A DNA stretch of 64,000 nucleotides, taken from contig CM059425.1 of NCBI GenBank assembly GCA_030390025.1, positions 168,022,001 to 168,086,000 of the forward strand. The letters run 5' to 3'. This DNA is from Squalus acanthias. Taxonomy: Eukaryota. The notes under the pieces were generated by a model. That model was given only the letters and a program-made list of their open reading frames with translations, was not told the DNA's origin and searched no databases. Shown piece after piece: positions 36,728-49,367 of this stretch. The position numbers and the translations under genes are program-made. Every line of letters begins with the position of its first letter. Within the stretch, counting starts at the first letter, position 1.

Positions 36728-38178
36728 TCAGCTGTGGCTCAGTTGGTAGCACACTCGCCTTAGAGTCAGAAGGTTGTGGGTTCAAGTCCCACTCCAAGGA
36801 AGATGGTTGTGGTGGTTGAAGGTCAATCATCACAGCCCCAGGACATCGCTGCAGGAGTTCCTCAGGGCAGTGTCCTAGGCCCAACTATCTTCAGCTGCTT
36901 CATCAATGACCTTCCCTCCAACATAAGGTCAGAAATGGGGATGTTCGCTGATGACTGCACAGTGTTCAGCGCCATTCACAACTCCTCAGATAATGAAGCA
37001 GTCCATGCCCGCAAGCAACAAGACCTGGATGACATTCAGGCTTGGGCTGATAAGTGGCAGGTAACGTCCATGCCACAGAAGTGCCAGGCAATGACTATCT
37101 CCAACAAGCGAGAGTCTAACCACCTCCCCTTGACATTCAACAGTATTACCATCGCCGAATCCCCACCATCAACATCTTGGGGATCACCATTGACCAGAAA
37201 CTTAACTCGACCAGCCACATAATACTGTGGTAACAAGAGCAGGTCAGAGGCTGGGTATTCTGACTCCCCAAAGCCTTTCCACCATCTACAAGGCACAAGT
37301 AAGGAGTGTAATGGAATACTCTCCACTTGCCTGGATGAGTGCAGCTCCAACAACACTCAAGAAGCTCAACACCATCCAGGACAAAGCAGCCCGCTTGATT
37401 GGCACCCCATCCACCACCTTAAACATTCAATCCCTCCACCACCGGCATACCGTGGCTACAGTGTGTACCATCTACAAGATGCACTGTAGCAACTCGCCAA
37501 GGTTTCTTCGGCAGCACCTCCCAAACCCGCGACCTCTACCACCTAGAAGGACAAGGTTAGCAGGCTCATGGGAACACCACCACCTCCAAGTTCCCCTCCA
37601 AGTCACACACCATCCTGACTTAGAAGTATATCATCGATCCTTCATCATCACTGGGTCAAAATCCTGGAACTCCCTCCCTAACAGCACTGTGGGAGTACCT
37701 TCACCACGCGGAGTGCAGCGGTTCAAGAAGGCGGCTCACCACCACCTTCTCAAGGGCAACTAGGGATGGGCAATAAATGCTGGCTTTGCCAGCGACACCC
37801 ACATCCCATAAACGAATAAAAAAAAACTCCAGGGACTTGAGCATATAAGGTTAGGCTGACACTCCAGTGCAGTGCTGAGGGAGTGCTGCACTGTCGGAGG
37901 TGCTGTCTTTCGGATGAGACGTTAAGCCGAGGCCCCGTCTGTTCTCTCAGGTGTCCTGGCCAATAGCTATCCCTCAACCAACATAACAAAAAAAAAACAG
38001 ATTATCTGGTCATTATCACATTGCTGTTTGTGGGACCTTGCTGTGCGCAAATTGGCTGCCACATTTCCCACATTACAACAGTGACTCCACTTCAAAAGTA
38101 CTTAATTGGCTGTAAAGCGCTTTGACATCCAGTGGTCGTGAAAAGCACTATATAAATGCAAGTCTTTCTTTTTTTTTA
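36728..38178 (+). mobile_element. Full-length SacSINE1-like SINE split by a LINE insertion
   Basis: tRNA head 36728-36796 resumes at 37826 (actccagggacttgagc...) through Deu core and tail. Confidence 0.88.
36797..37825 (+). mobile_element. CR1-clade LINE family A 3' fragment
   Basis: GVPQGSVLGP..FADDCT..HHHLLKGN, poly(A) end, TSD actcca (36791-36796, 37826-37831); same family as 845-3550. Confidence 0.93.
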
Positions 38179-39736
38179 TCTGCAGTACCTGTTACGCATG
38201 TAGGTCATGCAGTGTTTGGTCTTTATAATTTAAAACACCTGTCACATACACTTGCTGCAGTAGACTTTACTGGTACAGTATTTTGGTCCTCAGAGTCACC
38301 ATGTACTTCCACTACAGAGACACTGGGTGCCAGTGCAGGAATGTGTGAGCTTGTAATCACAGGGTCTTAGTACAAGTGTGCTTCAACCTGAGATAAAGTC
38401 CTGCAAAAATTAAAATGTAAATCCCTTTTTTAGAATTAACTTCTCACTGTACCATGAATGTCTAACAAACCACCCATCTCTCAATCCCATGTGTCGTCTA
38501 CCCTGGAAATCCCAGACACAGATGCAGCTCCGTTCCTGTAAATGTATTTGCAATGAGTGTCCCCATTTCCCATCTGCTTGAACAGTTTTCTGAGTATTTA
38601 CCCACCCAGCAAAGCTTGCTGTTCCCTCATCAACCTTCCCCCACCCCACCCCTTCACCCACATTAACATAGTTTTCCTTCCTTGGACAATTTTGCACCTC
38701 CTTCCTGGCCCCATCAGCTTACAAGTGTACCTCCATTCCCATTTGTTATTGCTGTGGAATCTGTGATATTTCCTCTTGCAATGGCAAACTTCAAGGCAGG
38801 AAAGCATCTAACCCTAAAATTGCAACCTAGACAGAGAGCAATGAAAAAAAAAGCCAAGGAGCGAGATCCTATGTGATAATCATTTACTGCTCTGTAACGA
38901 CACAACCTCCTTACTCCAATAATCACTGCTAGGTATTTATCACACTATTGCAACAGATCCCTCCCAACCCCTACTCCTCAAAATGAAAATCCAGGCCTGG
39001 TGGAGGGACGATGACGTCCCCCACTCCCTTCTGAGATTGTTTCCTTGCCTTTGCTTCCTGACTCGCATCATCCTCTGCTACCATTGCCAAAGGGGTCTTC
39101 CATTGGGTGGCCGGAGTACCCACCTGTTTAAGGTGGTAGGCCCTTTAAATATGCAAATTGTCATCCAGTGACACACAGAGGAACGTAATTGCAATTTTAA
39201 TGGACAACTACATGCGTCGTGCACTGTCTGCCCAGTTTTATCAGGTAGTACAGCAAAAAGGTAAGTTTAAAATTATTTTTGCGGGGCCAGGAGCTCCTCA
39301 GCTGCCCCGGGGTCACCCCATCCCCCACCGCCCCGTCCTTGCTCCTACCTTTCTGTTGGCCAGGTCAGCCTCCAGGCCGCCTGATATTGTGCTGGCTCGG
39401 TGCTGGCAAACTGCAGTGGGGCATCCAATTGCTGCCCGCAGCTCGTCAGGGGCATGGTAATGAGGCTCGGCCCTGAAAATGAACCAGGCCTCCCGCTGGC
39501 AGGATCAGCTGGTGAGCTGGTCAATCACCCAATCGTTAAAATCTGCTCATTTGTCATTAACTGGGTGAGCATTTACATGTTGCATCATACTATGTGTTGT
39601 AGTGAATGTCTCATAACATAAAATGCAAGACAAAATTCAAGAGATTTTATAGTAGGAATATGTAACCTTATGTTTAATGGGAAGATCATGTTTATGTATA
39701 CACGAATATTTATAGATAATTAGAGGAAAAGATAAA

Positions 39737-39849
39737 GAGGATAATTTTGACTTTGTGCAATAATGTAAAATGGGTGCTGGCAAATCGACAGCCCATTTTA
39801 CATCTCTTACGCCCGTTCTACACTATTGCACAAAGTCAGAATTACCCCC
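39737..39849. mobile_element. Mini palindromic Harbinger-type MITE
   Basis: ~35-bp inverted ends ggataattttgactttgtgcaataatgtaaaatggg / cccgttctacactattgcacaaagtcagaattaccccc; flanked by aaa; half copy at ~56475-56515. Confidence 0.75.
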
Positions 39850-40221
39850 AAAGAGTGTAATCCAGCATGCACAAAATTGCTTTTTAACTACAAATGTTTA
39901 AATAAAAATGTGTTAAATTTAGGTCTTGGCTGTGTATCAGTGTGCTTGGATCAGAATTACAAGGAAGGAATTGCCCAATCGCTATTACTTTGGCTGTGTA
40001 GTATGCTAAGTGATTATGCCAAGCGTTAGTGCTTTTTTTGCTGAATTTGGCACACCTTCAATGAAGTGCTTCATACCCCTATACATTGTGTTTGCACATT
40101 TGCCTAATAAATATTTCAAAAATATTGCAACTGTGTGGTTGAAAAGGACTCGGAAAAGTGGCTTGTTTTGGTCTTGGCAGCAGCTTGAATTGAAAAGGCA
40201 CCTCGGATAGCAGATGTCTTT

Positions 40222-40581
40222 GGCCCGGGATTTGCGGTTGTAATGACGGTGGAACTGTCAGCTTTCACCGTCATTACGCTGTAAAACTGACAGCAACTTG
40301 TGGAGTCTGCATATGCACAGTTAAAAGCAGATGTCCTGAAGATGCTGTCGGTGATACCCTGCTCCTCCACTGTTGCAGTCCTCGCAGAATCAAATGGGAT
40401 TTCCAGCGGGTAGACGACACATGGGAAAGGATAGATTTTTCTGATCGTCAGCGTGGTGAAGGATGCCAGTGTTACAGAATGGTACAGTTTCTGTTTCATT
40501 TTTGGCATGCCCACTGAGGTCAGGTGCATTATGACCAGATGGAGACTAATGGTTCCTCCACTCATCCAGAAACTCTGAACC
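40222..40581. mobile_element. Degenerate MITE-like element with internal 12-bp hairpin
   Basis: ggcccgggatttgc start; gtaatgacggtg / caccgtcattac stem at 40240-40277; weak right end gaaactctgaacc. Confidence 0.4.
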
Positions 40582-40824
40582 TAACTCCATCGATGTGACA
40601 TCTTTTTTTCCACACTACTAATTCTCATTGGCAATATTTTCAAATTTGCGGGCAATGTTTTGTTGGGGATTCATATCTACCAGAAACTGGGTTGACTCCG
40701 TTCAAACTCATTTCATGTTAAATCCTGTAAAATGAGCAGGCAAACAAAACTTTCCTTCCATAAGTGTGGGTGAAGTTCAAACCGAGTTCCAGACTGATCA
40801 CTAGGAGAAGCTAGGAGACACCAT

Positions 40825-40951
40825 GGCCTTGAATTTCCGTAGGGGTTCTCCCAATCTCCTGCCAGAAATTTGGCGGAAGATCAGCAGAACTCCCGGAGAG
40901 ATGGGAATGCACGGCAGGAGATCAGGAGAACCTCCGTGGAAATTTAGAACT
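40825..40951. mobile_element. Palindromic MITE
   Basis: aatttccgtaggggttctcccaatctcctgcc / ggcaggagatcaggagaacctccgtggaaatt inverted arms. Confidence 0.65.
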
Positions 40952-41324
40952 CATAATGTTACTTCACTTTGAATGTGAACAAGGACTTCATCCAACTCAT
41001 AATTTCTTCTTGCAGATCCCTGTCGAGAAACCAGTTAGACTCTAGATTCAGGCAAATGTAAATGGACCTTGCAGCAGAAGATGAAGAAGTATTGAGCCAC
41101 TCCTGCTTGCCTGTCATCATTTGGAACTGGAATAGTCTACATGTCTACTGATGTCCCAAAAGCAAGTCCATTCCTGTCTGAAGAGAAACTGCCCTAAGTG
41201 TCAGGATAGCATATACTTCTTAGTCTAAAATTATATGGTGGTTTTGGACAAATCAGTGATACAGAAAAGTCATTGTTGTCTTTGGTCCTTTAGCTTTGTA
41301 CTGAAAATCCAGAACAGCCACAAA

Positions 41325-41960
41325 CACAACCAACATTTCTACAGTGCTCTATGTAAAAACAAATATTTCAGGGCACATAGCAGATGGAAAAGCTGAATTT
41401 CAAGCAGGGACACCAAAGGAAGAAAAATCCAGGGGTGAGTTTAAAGGCACAGTTGAAGAGAAGGCTTTGTAGGATGTTTCACGAAGGCAGGGAATTAACT
41501 TGTTAGGCAAAGTCGTTTTGGGAGGCAATTCCAGTTATCAGACACAAAATGGTCTAGTGGAGGGTGCAGAAAACAACAGGGTTAGAGGAGTGGCGGATGA
41601 GATAAGGTGGAGAGAGGCCGTAGAGGGATTTTAAATGTAGTCAATTCGCTAGGCAAAGGGAGCCAGGTAGAGCAAGGATAAGGGTGAAGGATGTGCAAGA
41701 ATTTGTGCAGGGAAAATGCAGACCTTGCAGCTCTGATATTGGAGTTTGTGAAGAGCAAAGGTTGATAATGGAGCATAGGAAAAAGTCAATCCTTCAGGTG
41801 ATGAAAGTGTGGATTAGAGTTTCAGCAGAAGATAGGGTGAGTGAGAGGCAGGGCTAGGCAATGTTCCGGAGATGAAAGTAAATGTTCTTGGCAACAGACT
41901 AGATGTGGGGTAGGAGGCCTGAAGATTCAAAGATAGATAACAGTCAAAGGTGCTGAGGAT
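41325..41960 (-). mobile_element. Old decayed L2-like 3' fragment
   Basis: Purine-rich pattern resembling the L2 end at 56583-56897 (gggaggcaattccag, tgtagagggattttaaatg-like); heavily diverged. Confidence 0.45.
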
Positions 41961-42420
41961 AGATTGATGCATTGATTGTCTGTACAAGTTCTCTACTAAA
42001 TAGTATCCTCCCCTGCTGTCCACATTGTGCACTATTTGGAATTTTCCTCAGCAGTATTGCTGAAACTTTTGCAGATTAAATGGTTTCTTTAGCTTTAATC
42101 TCATATTCTAATCTTTAATCTCACCTACATAACCTTTGTCAGGGCAAAGAGATTTTGTTTTTCTGCCTTTCTTAATTTCTTCCCTAAACCCTCCTCTCCT
42201 GCAGGCAATGGCTCTTGTTGTGTTTTAATTCTATAAGTAGTGACCACCTTCCAGTACCTCACACAAATCGGCAATCCTCATGGATTATTCAACGATAGAG
42301 CTCATCACAACCAAGCTCAATCCTTTCCTGACCCATTATCTACATTCACACTTCCGTTGGTAATTCCTTGATAGTGATCAGAAGTAGGAAGCCTAGGTGA
42401 TTTTTCTGTCTCGCCCCAAG

Positions 42421-44723
42421 TCAAGAAAGGGTGTAAGGACAATCCTAGTAACTACAGGCCGGTCAGTTTAACATCAGTGGTGGGTAAAGTTTTAGAAACA
42501 ATAATCAAGGGAAAAATTAACGGACACTTGGAGAGGTTTAAGCTAATTAAGGAGAGCCAACACGGATTTGTAAAAGGCAGATCGTGTTTGACTAATCTAA
42601 TTGAATTTTTTGATGAACTAACAGAGAGGATTGATGAAGGGAATGCAATGGATGTTGTCTACATGGATTTTCGGAAGGTGTTTGACAAAGTACCACATAG
42701 AAGGCTGGTTAACAAAATTGAGGCTCATGAAATAGGTGGGTCAGTGGCAGCTTGGATAAGGAATTGGCTTAAGGACAGAAAACAGCGAGTTGTGGTAAAT
42801 GGCTGTTTTTCAGACTGGAGGATGGTAGACAGTGGGGTTCCCCAAGGGTCAGTGCTGGGGCCACTGCTTTTTTTGATACATATAAATGACCTGGATATTG
42901 GAATACAGAGTAGAATTTCTAAATTTGCCGATGACACCAAACTTGGGGGTGTGGCAAACAGTGATGATGATACCAATCGACTGCAACAGGACATAGAAAG
43001 GCTAGCAGAATGGGCAGACAAGTGGCAGATGGAATTTAATAGAGAAGTGTGAGGTGATGTATTTTGGCAGAAGGAACAGGGAGAAGCAATATACACTTAA
43101 TGGCACAGTTTTAAAGAGTGTGCAGGGACAGAGGGACCTAGGACTTAATGAGCATAGGTCCCTGAAGGTGGCAGGACATACTGAGAGAGTGGTTAGCAAA
43201 GATTATGGGATCTTGGGCTTCATAAATAGAGGTATTGAGTACAAAAGTAGAGAAGTTATGCTGAACCTTTATAAAGCGCTGGTTAGGCCACAACTCGAGT
43301 ATTGCATCCAGTTCTGGTCACCACACTTTAGGAAGGATGTGAAGGCACTTGAGAGGGTGCAGAGGAGATTTACCAGAATGGTTCCGGGGATGGGGGATCT
43401 TAGCTACAAGGACAGATTGGAGAAGCTGGATTTGTTTTCATTAGAGCAAAGGAGGTTGCGGGGTGATTTGATAGAGGTGTATAAGATTATGACGGGTTGG
43501 GCTGTTCCCACTAGTTGATGGTACAAGGACTAGGGAACACCGATTTAAGATTGTGGGCAAGAGATACAGGGGGGATGGGAGGAAAAACTTTTTTACGCAG
43601 CGAGTGGTGATGACCTGGAATTCGATGCTGACGGAAGTGGTGGAAGCGGAGACACTCAGGGGGAAAAATTCAGTTGGTTGCGCCTCCCGTTAGCGCCTTA
43701 AGAGGGCGCTAATGGGGTGCAAAGCATCTAGCGCCCAGGCGCGGCGAAGTTTGCGCCGCTCGCGAAATTAACTAGACATTTTGCAGCGGTGCTAAACACT
43801 ACCACCATGATCTCCTGCGCCGGCAGATCATGACGTCACTCGAGTGCGCAACGCTCCGGTATCGCCCCGGAGCGGATATTGAGTGGCGCCCCCTGCCTTA
43901 CCGCCTGACGCTAGCAATGACAGGTTGAGGGGAGCGTTCTGCAGTCATAAAGGGAAAGGGGGAGCACTATTTAAAGGTGACCGCTTCCTGCTTTTTATTG
44001 TTGGTGCCATTTTTGAACTACGCATTCTGAGAGAGAGAGGGAGAGACTTCTGGAGAGATTCAACGTTGTGTGAAGGAGTTTTGGGTACTGAGCAGCACTT
44101 TGCAGGTTCATTTTGATTTGCCATTCCTTGTATCGATTTAGAAGAGACTGTGGGGGGCTGCACTCTGAGCTCTTTGCCTGGTACTCTCCATTGTTCTTTC
44201 CAGCACATTTGATGTGCAAGTCTCTCCAAGCCGAGATTCAAGGCTGCAATGAGCAGGATGTGGATGGAAAGCAAGATTAACCATCCCCTTTAAGAACTGG
44301 CCTGTGCCATTGTGTGTGTGTTCCATTGCTGACTGACATTACATGAGCTTCGCCAGCGCTCTGAGGTAGCGCCTCGATCCTCGGCCTTTGCGCCTTAAGA
44401 CAGGTGTGAAGCGGCTGATATAGCGCTGCAATCACCTCAAGGGGCGATAAAAGTCAAGTTAGCAGTCGGTGGCGATAATTAGCGCCAGGCGCTAATCTTT
44501 GCGCCCGGCCGATAATTGCGCCCCAAATGGGGCGATACTGAATTTCTCCCCCTCAGTGTTTTCAAGGGGAGGCTGGATAGGCACTTGAGGGAAATAAACT
44601 TGCAGGGCTACGGGGATAGAGCGGGGGAATGGGACTGACTGGATTGCTCTACTGAGAGCCGGCACGGATTCGATGGGCCGAATGGCCTCCTTCTGTGCCG
44701 TTATGATTCTATGACTTTATGAC
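42421..44723 (+). mobile_element. CR1 LINE 3' portion interrupted by a MITE
   Basis: NYRPVSLTS, QHGFVKGRSCLTNL, GVPQGSVLGP, FADDTK, LVRPQLEYC; resumes at 44553 to the (attctatg)-type tail. Confidence 0.93.
43659..44552. mobile_element. Harbinger-type MITE family M1b
   Basis: TIRs gggggaaaaattcagt / actgaatttctccccc; TSD tca (43656-43658, 44553-44555); homologue at 58416. Confidence 0.92.
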
Positions 44724-45287
44724 TTCAAGGCCAATGTTAGCAGTTCTACTGACACTGCTGCTGAGGTTCTCTAACAACAAAATCCATTTTGGGGATTTGA
44801 CACCGGAAGTGACAAGGGATTTACAACGTGTCTGTTTATATATACAATGTATTTTCTTCATTTGAGCTATTGCAACACTGAGCACAAGGTGATATGCTTA
44901 GTCAGCTTGTTTTTTAATTGTTTTTTTCAGGCAGCACAGAGGCTACCAGTGGCAATCTCCACCTCCCTCTGGGGTGCAAATCACTCTAGCCCCGGTAAAT
45001 CCATCGGCAGCAGGGAGAATCTTTGTGGTGTGCAGAACTTCCAACTCACTAAAGATGTGACAGGACTCTGCAACAGCAGAAAATCTAGGTCTTGGTGCCT
45101 GCAACGGACAGTGTTCTATTCCTCTGCAGTAACATCCTTCACCTCGATAAACACAAAAAATGCAAGAGTTTATCCATACAATATTCCATAGCAAGCTTTT
45201 TTTTAAACTTTCCAGAAAATATTATACTGTGAAAACAGATTGTCTGGTTGAACAAATTAGAGTGAAAGCATTTCTGTGGGCTTTTAA

Positions 45288-45315
45288 ATATATATATATA
45301 TATACATATATATAT
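45288..45315. repeat. (TA)n microsatellite
   Basis: Direct reading; one interruption. Confidence 0.85.
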
Positions 45316-45948
45316 TTTAAATTATATGTCAGTTTGAATCTGGTTATTAGTTTAAGCAGGGCAATGTGTCTAATTAATTGATTTAATCCTATGTAGAACC
45401 TTCTATAACCCCAGTTAAACTCCTCGTGTTACACTGACATTGATACATCTAGTCTAAGATAGCATATTCTGTCATTGCCTTATTCCAAATAAAAAAGTGA
45501 TGTAAGCCAAAGGTCCTCTTGTGTAACTCTACTCCTGCCTTATTTTATTCTTTCTTTACACACAAGCTGGTGTATGTGTAATCTAAGTGCATTAGGATTC
45601 ATCACTGCAAAGGTGCTGCTAGTTGGAAAATATAAACAGATGAAAATACTGCTAATATTCTCCTACCTTATAGCATTTAATCAGCACTTCCTATCTCTCA
45701 ACATCTAGATTTTACCCTCTCCTTTCATACAGGACTCTTGCTTGGGGATAGTTCCATGGGTGCTGGGCAGCCTCAGGTACCTCACCCAATTGGCTATTCC
45801 TAATGCGTGGATCTAGATAGCGAGTGTTGGTGCACTACTGAACCATGGGGAATCACATCTGACAAAAACTTGCCAGCAGAATTTCCTGAATAAAAATCCG
45901 GAGCAGAAACTGTGGCTGAATTTTTCCCATCTCTAGCACAAAGGCAAT

Positions 45949-46657
45949 GGCCCGTATTTTCCGACCCCCACGCAAGCGAATGTGCTGAAAACCGGCACTT
46001 CCGATCTGTCAAGAATCCTCTTGACAGATCCTCCGCCTGCCCTCGAGAAGGGCCTCTGCGGGTGGAGTGTTCCGCTTTCTGCAGAACTTCCGCCCGCTGA
46101 AAACCTTTAAAAATCTTACACCTGGTAAAAGCAAGCATAAGGCCTGCTTTTACCAGCATAAGAGTTTAAAAAAGTAAAAAAATAATTTTTTTTCACTCAT
46201 TTATAATTTAAAAATTCTTTTAAAAAAGGTAAGTTTATTTTTAGCCCTGTAAAAAACTTGAATTATTTTTTCCAAAAATTAAATTTTTGTTTAAAATATT
46301 TAATTGAATGTAATTTTGACTAATTTTAAATACGTGATTTAAAAAAAATGTATTTAATGTTTTAGTGTGTTTTTTGCGTGATCCCCATTCATACTTTTGA
46401 CAGGTCTAAGCAGAGCGACCTGTCAAAAGTGTGAAGGGGGATTCCCTTTTTTGATTGGTCCCCCATGGCCCACGTGATCCCAGGGACGTTTGCGAACTGC
46501 ATGCACCCCTGGGATACCTGGGCCTCTGCGCGCACGCACCAGGAGAGGCCCAGGAGCGGAAGTGTCGGGATCGACAAAGCCAGCAGGTAAGTTCATAGAT
46601 TTTTTCCAGATCGGAGGCATCCGCACGCAGGAAGCCTCCGATCGGAAAATCTGGGCC
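45949..46657. mobile_element. Harbinger-type MITE family M2
   Basis: TIRs ggcccgtattttccga / tcggaaaatctgggcc; TSD aat (45946-45948, 46658-46660); inverted homologue of 14949-15634. Confidence 0.9.
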
Positions 46658-48172
46658 AATGAGACTGAGTGTGGTGCCTCCACTGCTGCCATGGCCATGA
46701 TCAGCTGATTCAACACAAATCAAATCTGGGACCGCCCATATCAGTATCACACAGGCAGTGCATTAACCAACTGAGCCCACAGTGGCAGTCATATGATTGA
46801 ATCCTCTGAAGAAAGAGACCAACAAGTTTGGCCAGGTGAATGCATTCAATTAAGTAGGCCATCATAATATTTTAATTCAAGCCTTCAAGCTCCACTGTTC
46901 ACAAAGGTTGACTTGTCAATTGTATAAATTCAAATTGAATCAACTGAAGATCTTTATTTACTGACTTAGAAACATAAAACAACACAAGGTCATCAGCCCA
47001 TAATAATTAGCATCTTTAATCTACATAACGGTGTTGTTGACTACAATCACTTTCCTTCACTGCTCACTTTTCATGGAAATTCTTCTGTAATGTAACGATT
47101 CAGCATCTATTCAACATCGATAAAAAAAGCTGCTGTCACAATATTGAAAGACAGCTTTTATGGTCACTGAAGTATGAAAGTGCAGTTAGCAATCCTCGAG
47201 CCTTAGTTGCCACTATTATTTCCCCACTGCAGTTTTTGCCACTGCAGCAGAGGCAAGATAGTTCCATAAAGAAGGAAGAGAAAAATATGAAGTTAAGTCA
47301 GAATCCTCCTAGTTTGCTGTTGTTTCACCTTCGACTGGTCACACAGCAGCACCAGCTGAAGTAGAAGACCCTGTCAGAAAATGGTCGTGATATGGGTTCT
47401 CCAAAGTGAAAAAGTTAAAATCAAAGGTCACACTTATAGACCACTGAAAAGTGATAGATTTTTTTTATTTTACTGGAACAGCACACAAATTAGTGTGAAG
47501 TGTGGCATGTCCTAACATGTTAATACTAGCAGAAGACAAGCAGAATGCAGAGGATTACAGTGACATTGGCTCACTGACCCGCTCCATCGCAAATTAACTT
47601 AGAAACAGATGTTGGGCAGATGTATTACTAACACCCTAGGCTACCGTTATCCCTTGGCATCCTGCTTGTTGTAAACAGCTCGGCACAACAACAAATTATA
47701 TTATCATTCAGGGCACCCTTTTCTTTTGATACACACTAGAGATAGATTTTTCTATAATTTGTTGGAGATTATTTCTTAATAAACTTCCAGCGATGGCCTC
47801 ACAATTATTAATGTTCAAGCATGAATGTAATTACATATCAGTAAAGAGGGAAAATGAGAAGGCACAGTGAGTTAACATTCTCAGCTTCTATCTTTGGACA
47901 CAGTCTTGCATCCAGCACAAACTGGTGAGATGAAAGTCTCCTGAATCTGCCAGCTGCAAAGGTCCGACCTGAGTTTGGACAGTCTCAATTCAATCTGCAG
48001 TGGTTGCAGGCCCATAGCGCAAAGCTACTCACAAATTGGCACTAAATTGAGATCATCTTATTCAGTGAGGACATAAGGTCATATTTTTCTGCCCCATGTT
48101 GAGGCGGCTGGACCAGAACACTTCCCACATTCATGAATCAGGATGGGCCTACTCTATTGGATCTTCCAGGTC

Positions 48173-49367
48173 AACATAGAAACATAGAAGATAGGAGCAG
48201 GAGTAGGCCATTCGGCCCCTCGGGCTTGTTCTGCCATTTAATGAGATCATGGCTGATCATTCAAATTCAGTACCCTGTCCCTGCTTTCTCCCCATATCCC
48301 TTGATCCCTTTAGCCTTAAGAAATATATCCAACTCCTTCTTGAATATATTTAATGAATTGGCCTCAACTGCCTTCTGTGGTAGAGAATTCCACAGGTTCA
48401 CCACTCTCTGGGTGAAGAAATTCCTACTCATCTCAGTCCTAAATGGCTTACCCCTTATTCTTAGACTGTGACCCCTGGTTCTGGACTCCCCCGCCATCGG
48501 GAACATCCTTCCTGCATCTAGTCTGTCTAGTCCTGTTAGAATGTTATAAGTTTCAATGAGATCCCCTCTCATTCTTCTAAACTCTAGCGAATATAAGCCT
48601 AATCGACCCAATCTCTCCTCATATGTCATTCTTGGCATCCCAGGTATCAGTCTGGTGAATCTTCGCTGCACTCTCTCCATGGCAAGAACATCCTTCCTCA
48701 GATAAGGTGACCAAAACTGCACACAATACTCAAGGTGTGGTCTCACCAAGGCCCTGTAAAACTGCAGCAAGACATCCTTGCTCCTGTACTCGAATCCTCT
48801 CGCTATGAAGGCCAACATACCATTTGCCTTCTTAACCGCCTGCTGCACCTGCATGCTTACCTTCAGTGACTGGTGCACAAGGACACCCAGGTCTCGTTGC
48901 ACTTCCCCTTTTCCCAATCTATTGCCGTTCAGATAATAATCTGTCTTCCTGTTTTTGCCACTGAAGTGAATAGCTGGGGTCCTAGCACCGATCCCTGCGG
49001 TACCCCACTAGTCACTGCCTGCCACTCGGAAAAAGACCCGTTTATTCCAACTCGTTGCTTCCTGTCTGCCAACCAGTTCTCTATCCAAGACAGTACCTTA
49101 CCCCCAATCCCGTGTGCTTTAACTTTGCACGCTAATCTCTTATGCGGGACCTTATCGAAAGCCTTCTGAAAGTCCAAATACACCACATCCACTGGTTCTC
49201 CCTTATCTATTCTACCAGTTACATCCTCAAAAAATTCCAGTAGATTAGTCAAGCATGATTTACCTTTTGTAAATCCGTGTTGACTTTGTCCGATCCTGTC
49301 ACTGTTTTTCAAGTGCTCTGCTATTACATCTTTTATAATGGACTCTAGCATTTTCCCCACTACCCTC
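48173..49367 (-). mobile_element. CR1 LINE 3' portion with ~190-bp internal deletion
   Basis: Collinear with 20592-21840 except that the segment between aagtg and aatagct (~48965), including the FADDTK region, is missing. Confidence 0.93.

Noticed and set aside
40116..40565. 149-aa minus-strand ORF
   Set aside because: Overlaps a MITE-like segment and has no recognisable domain.
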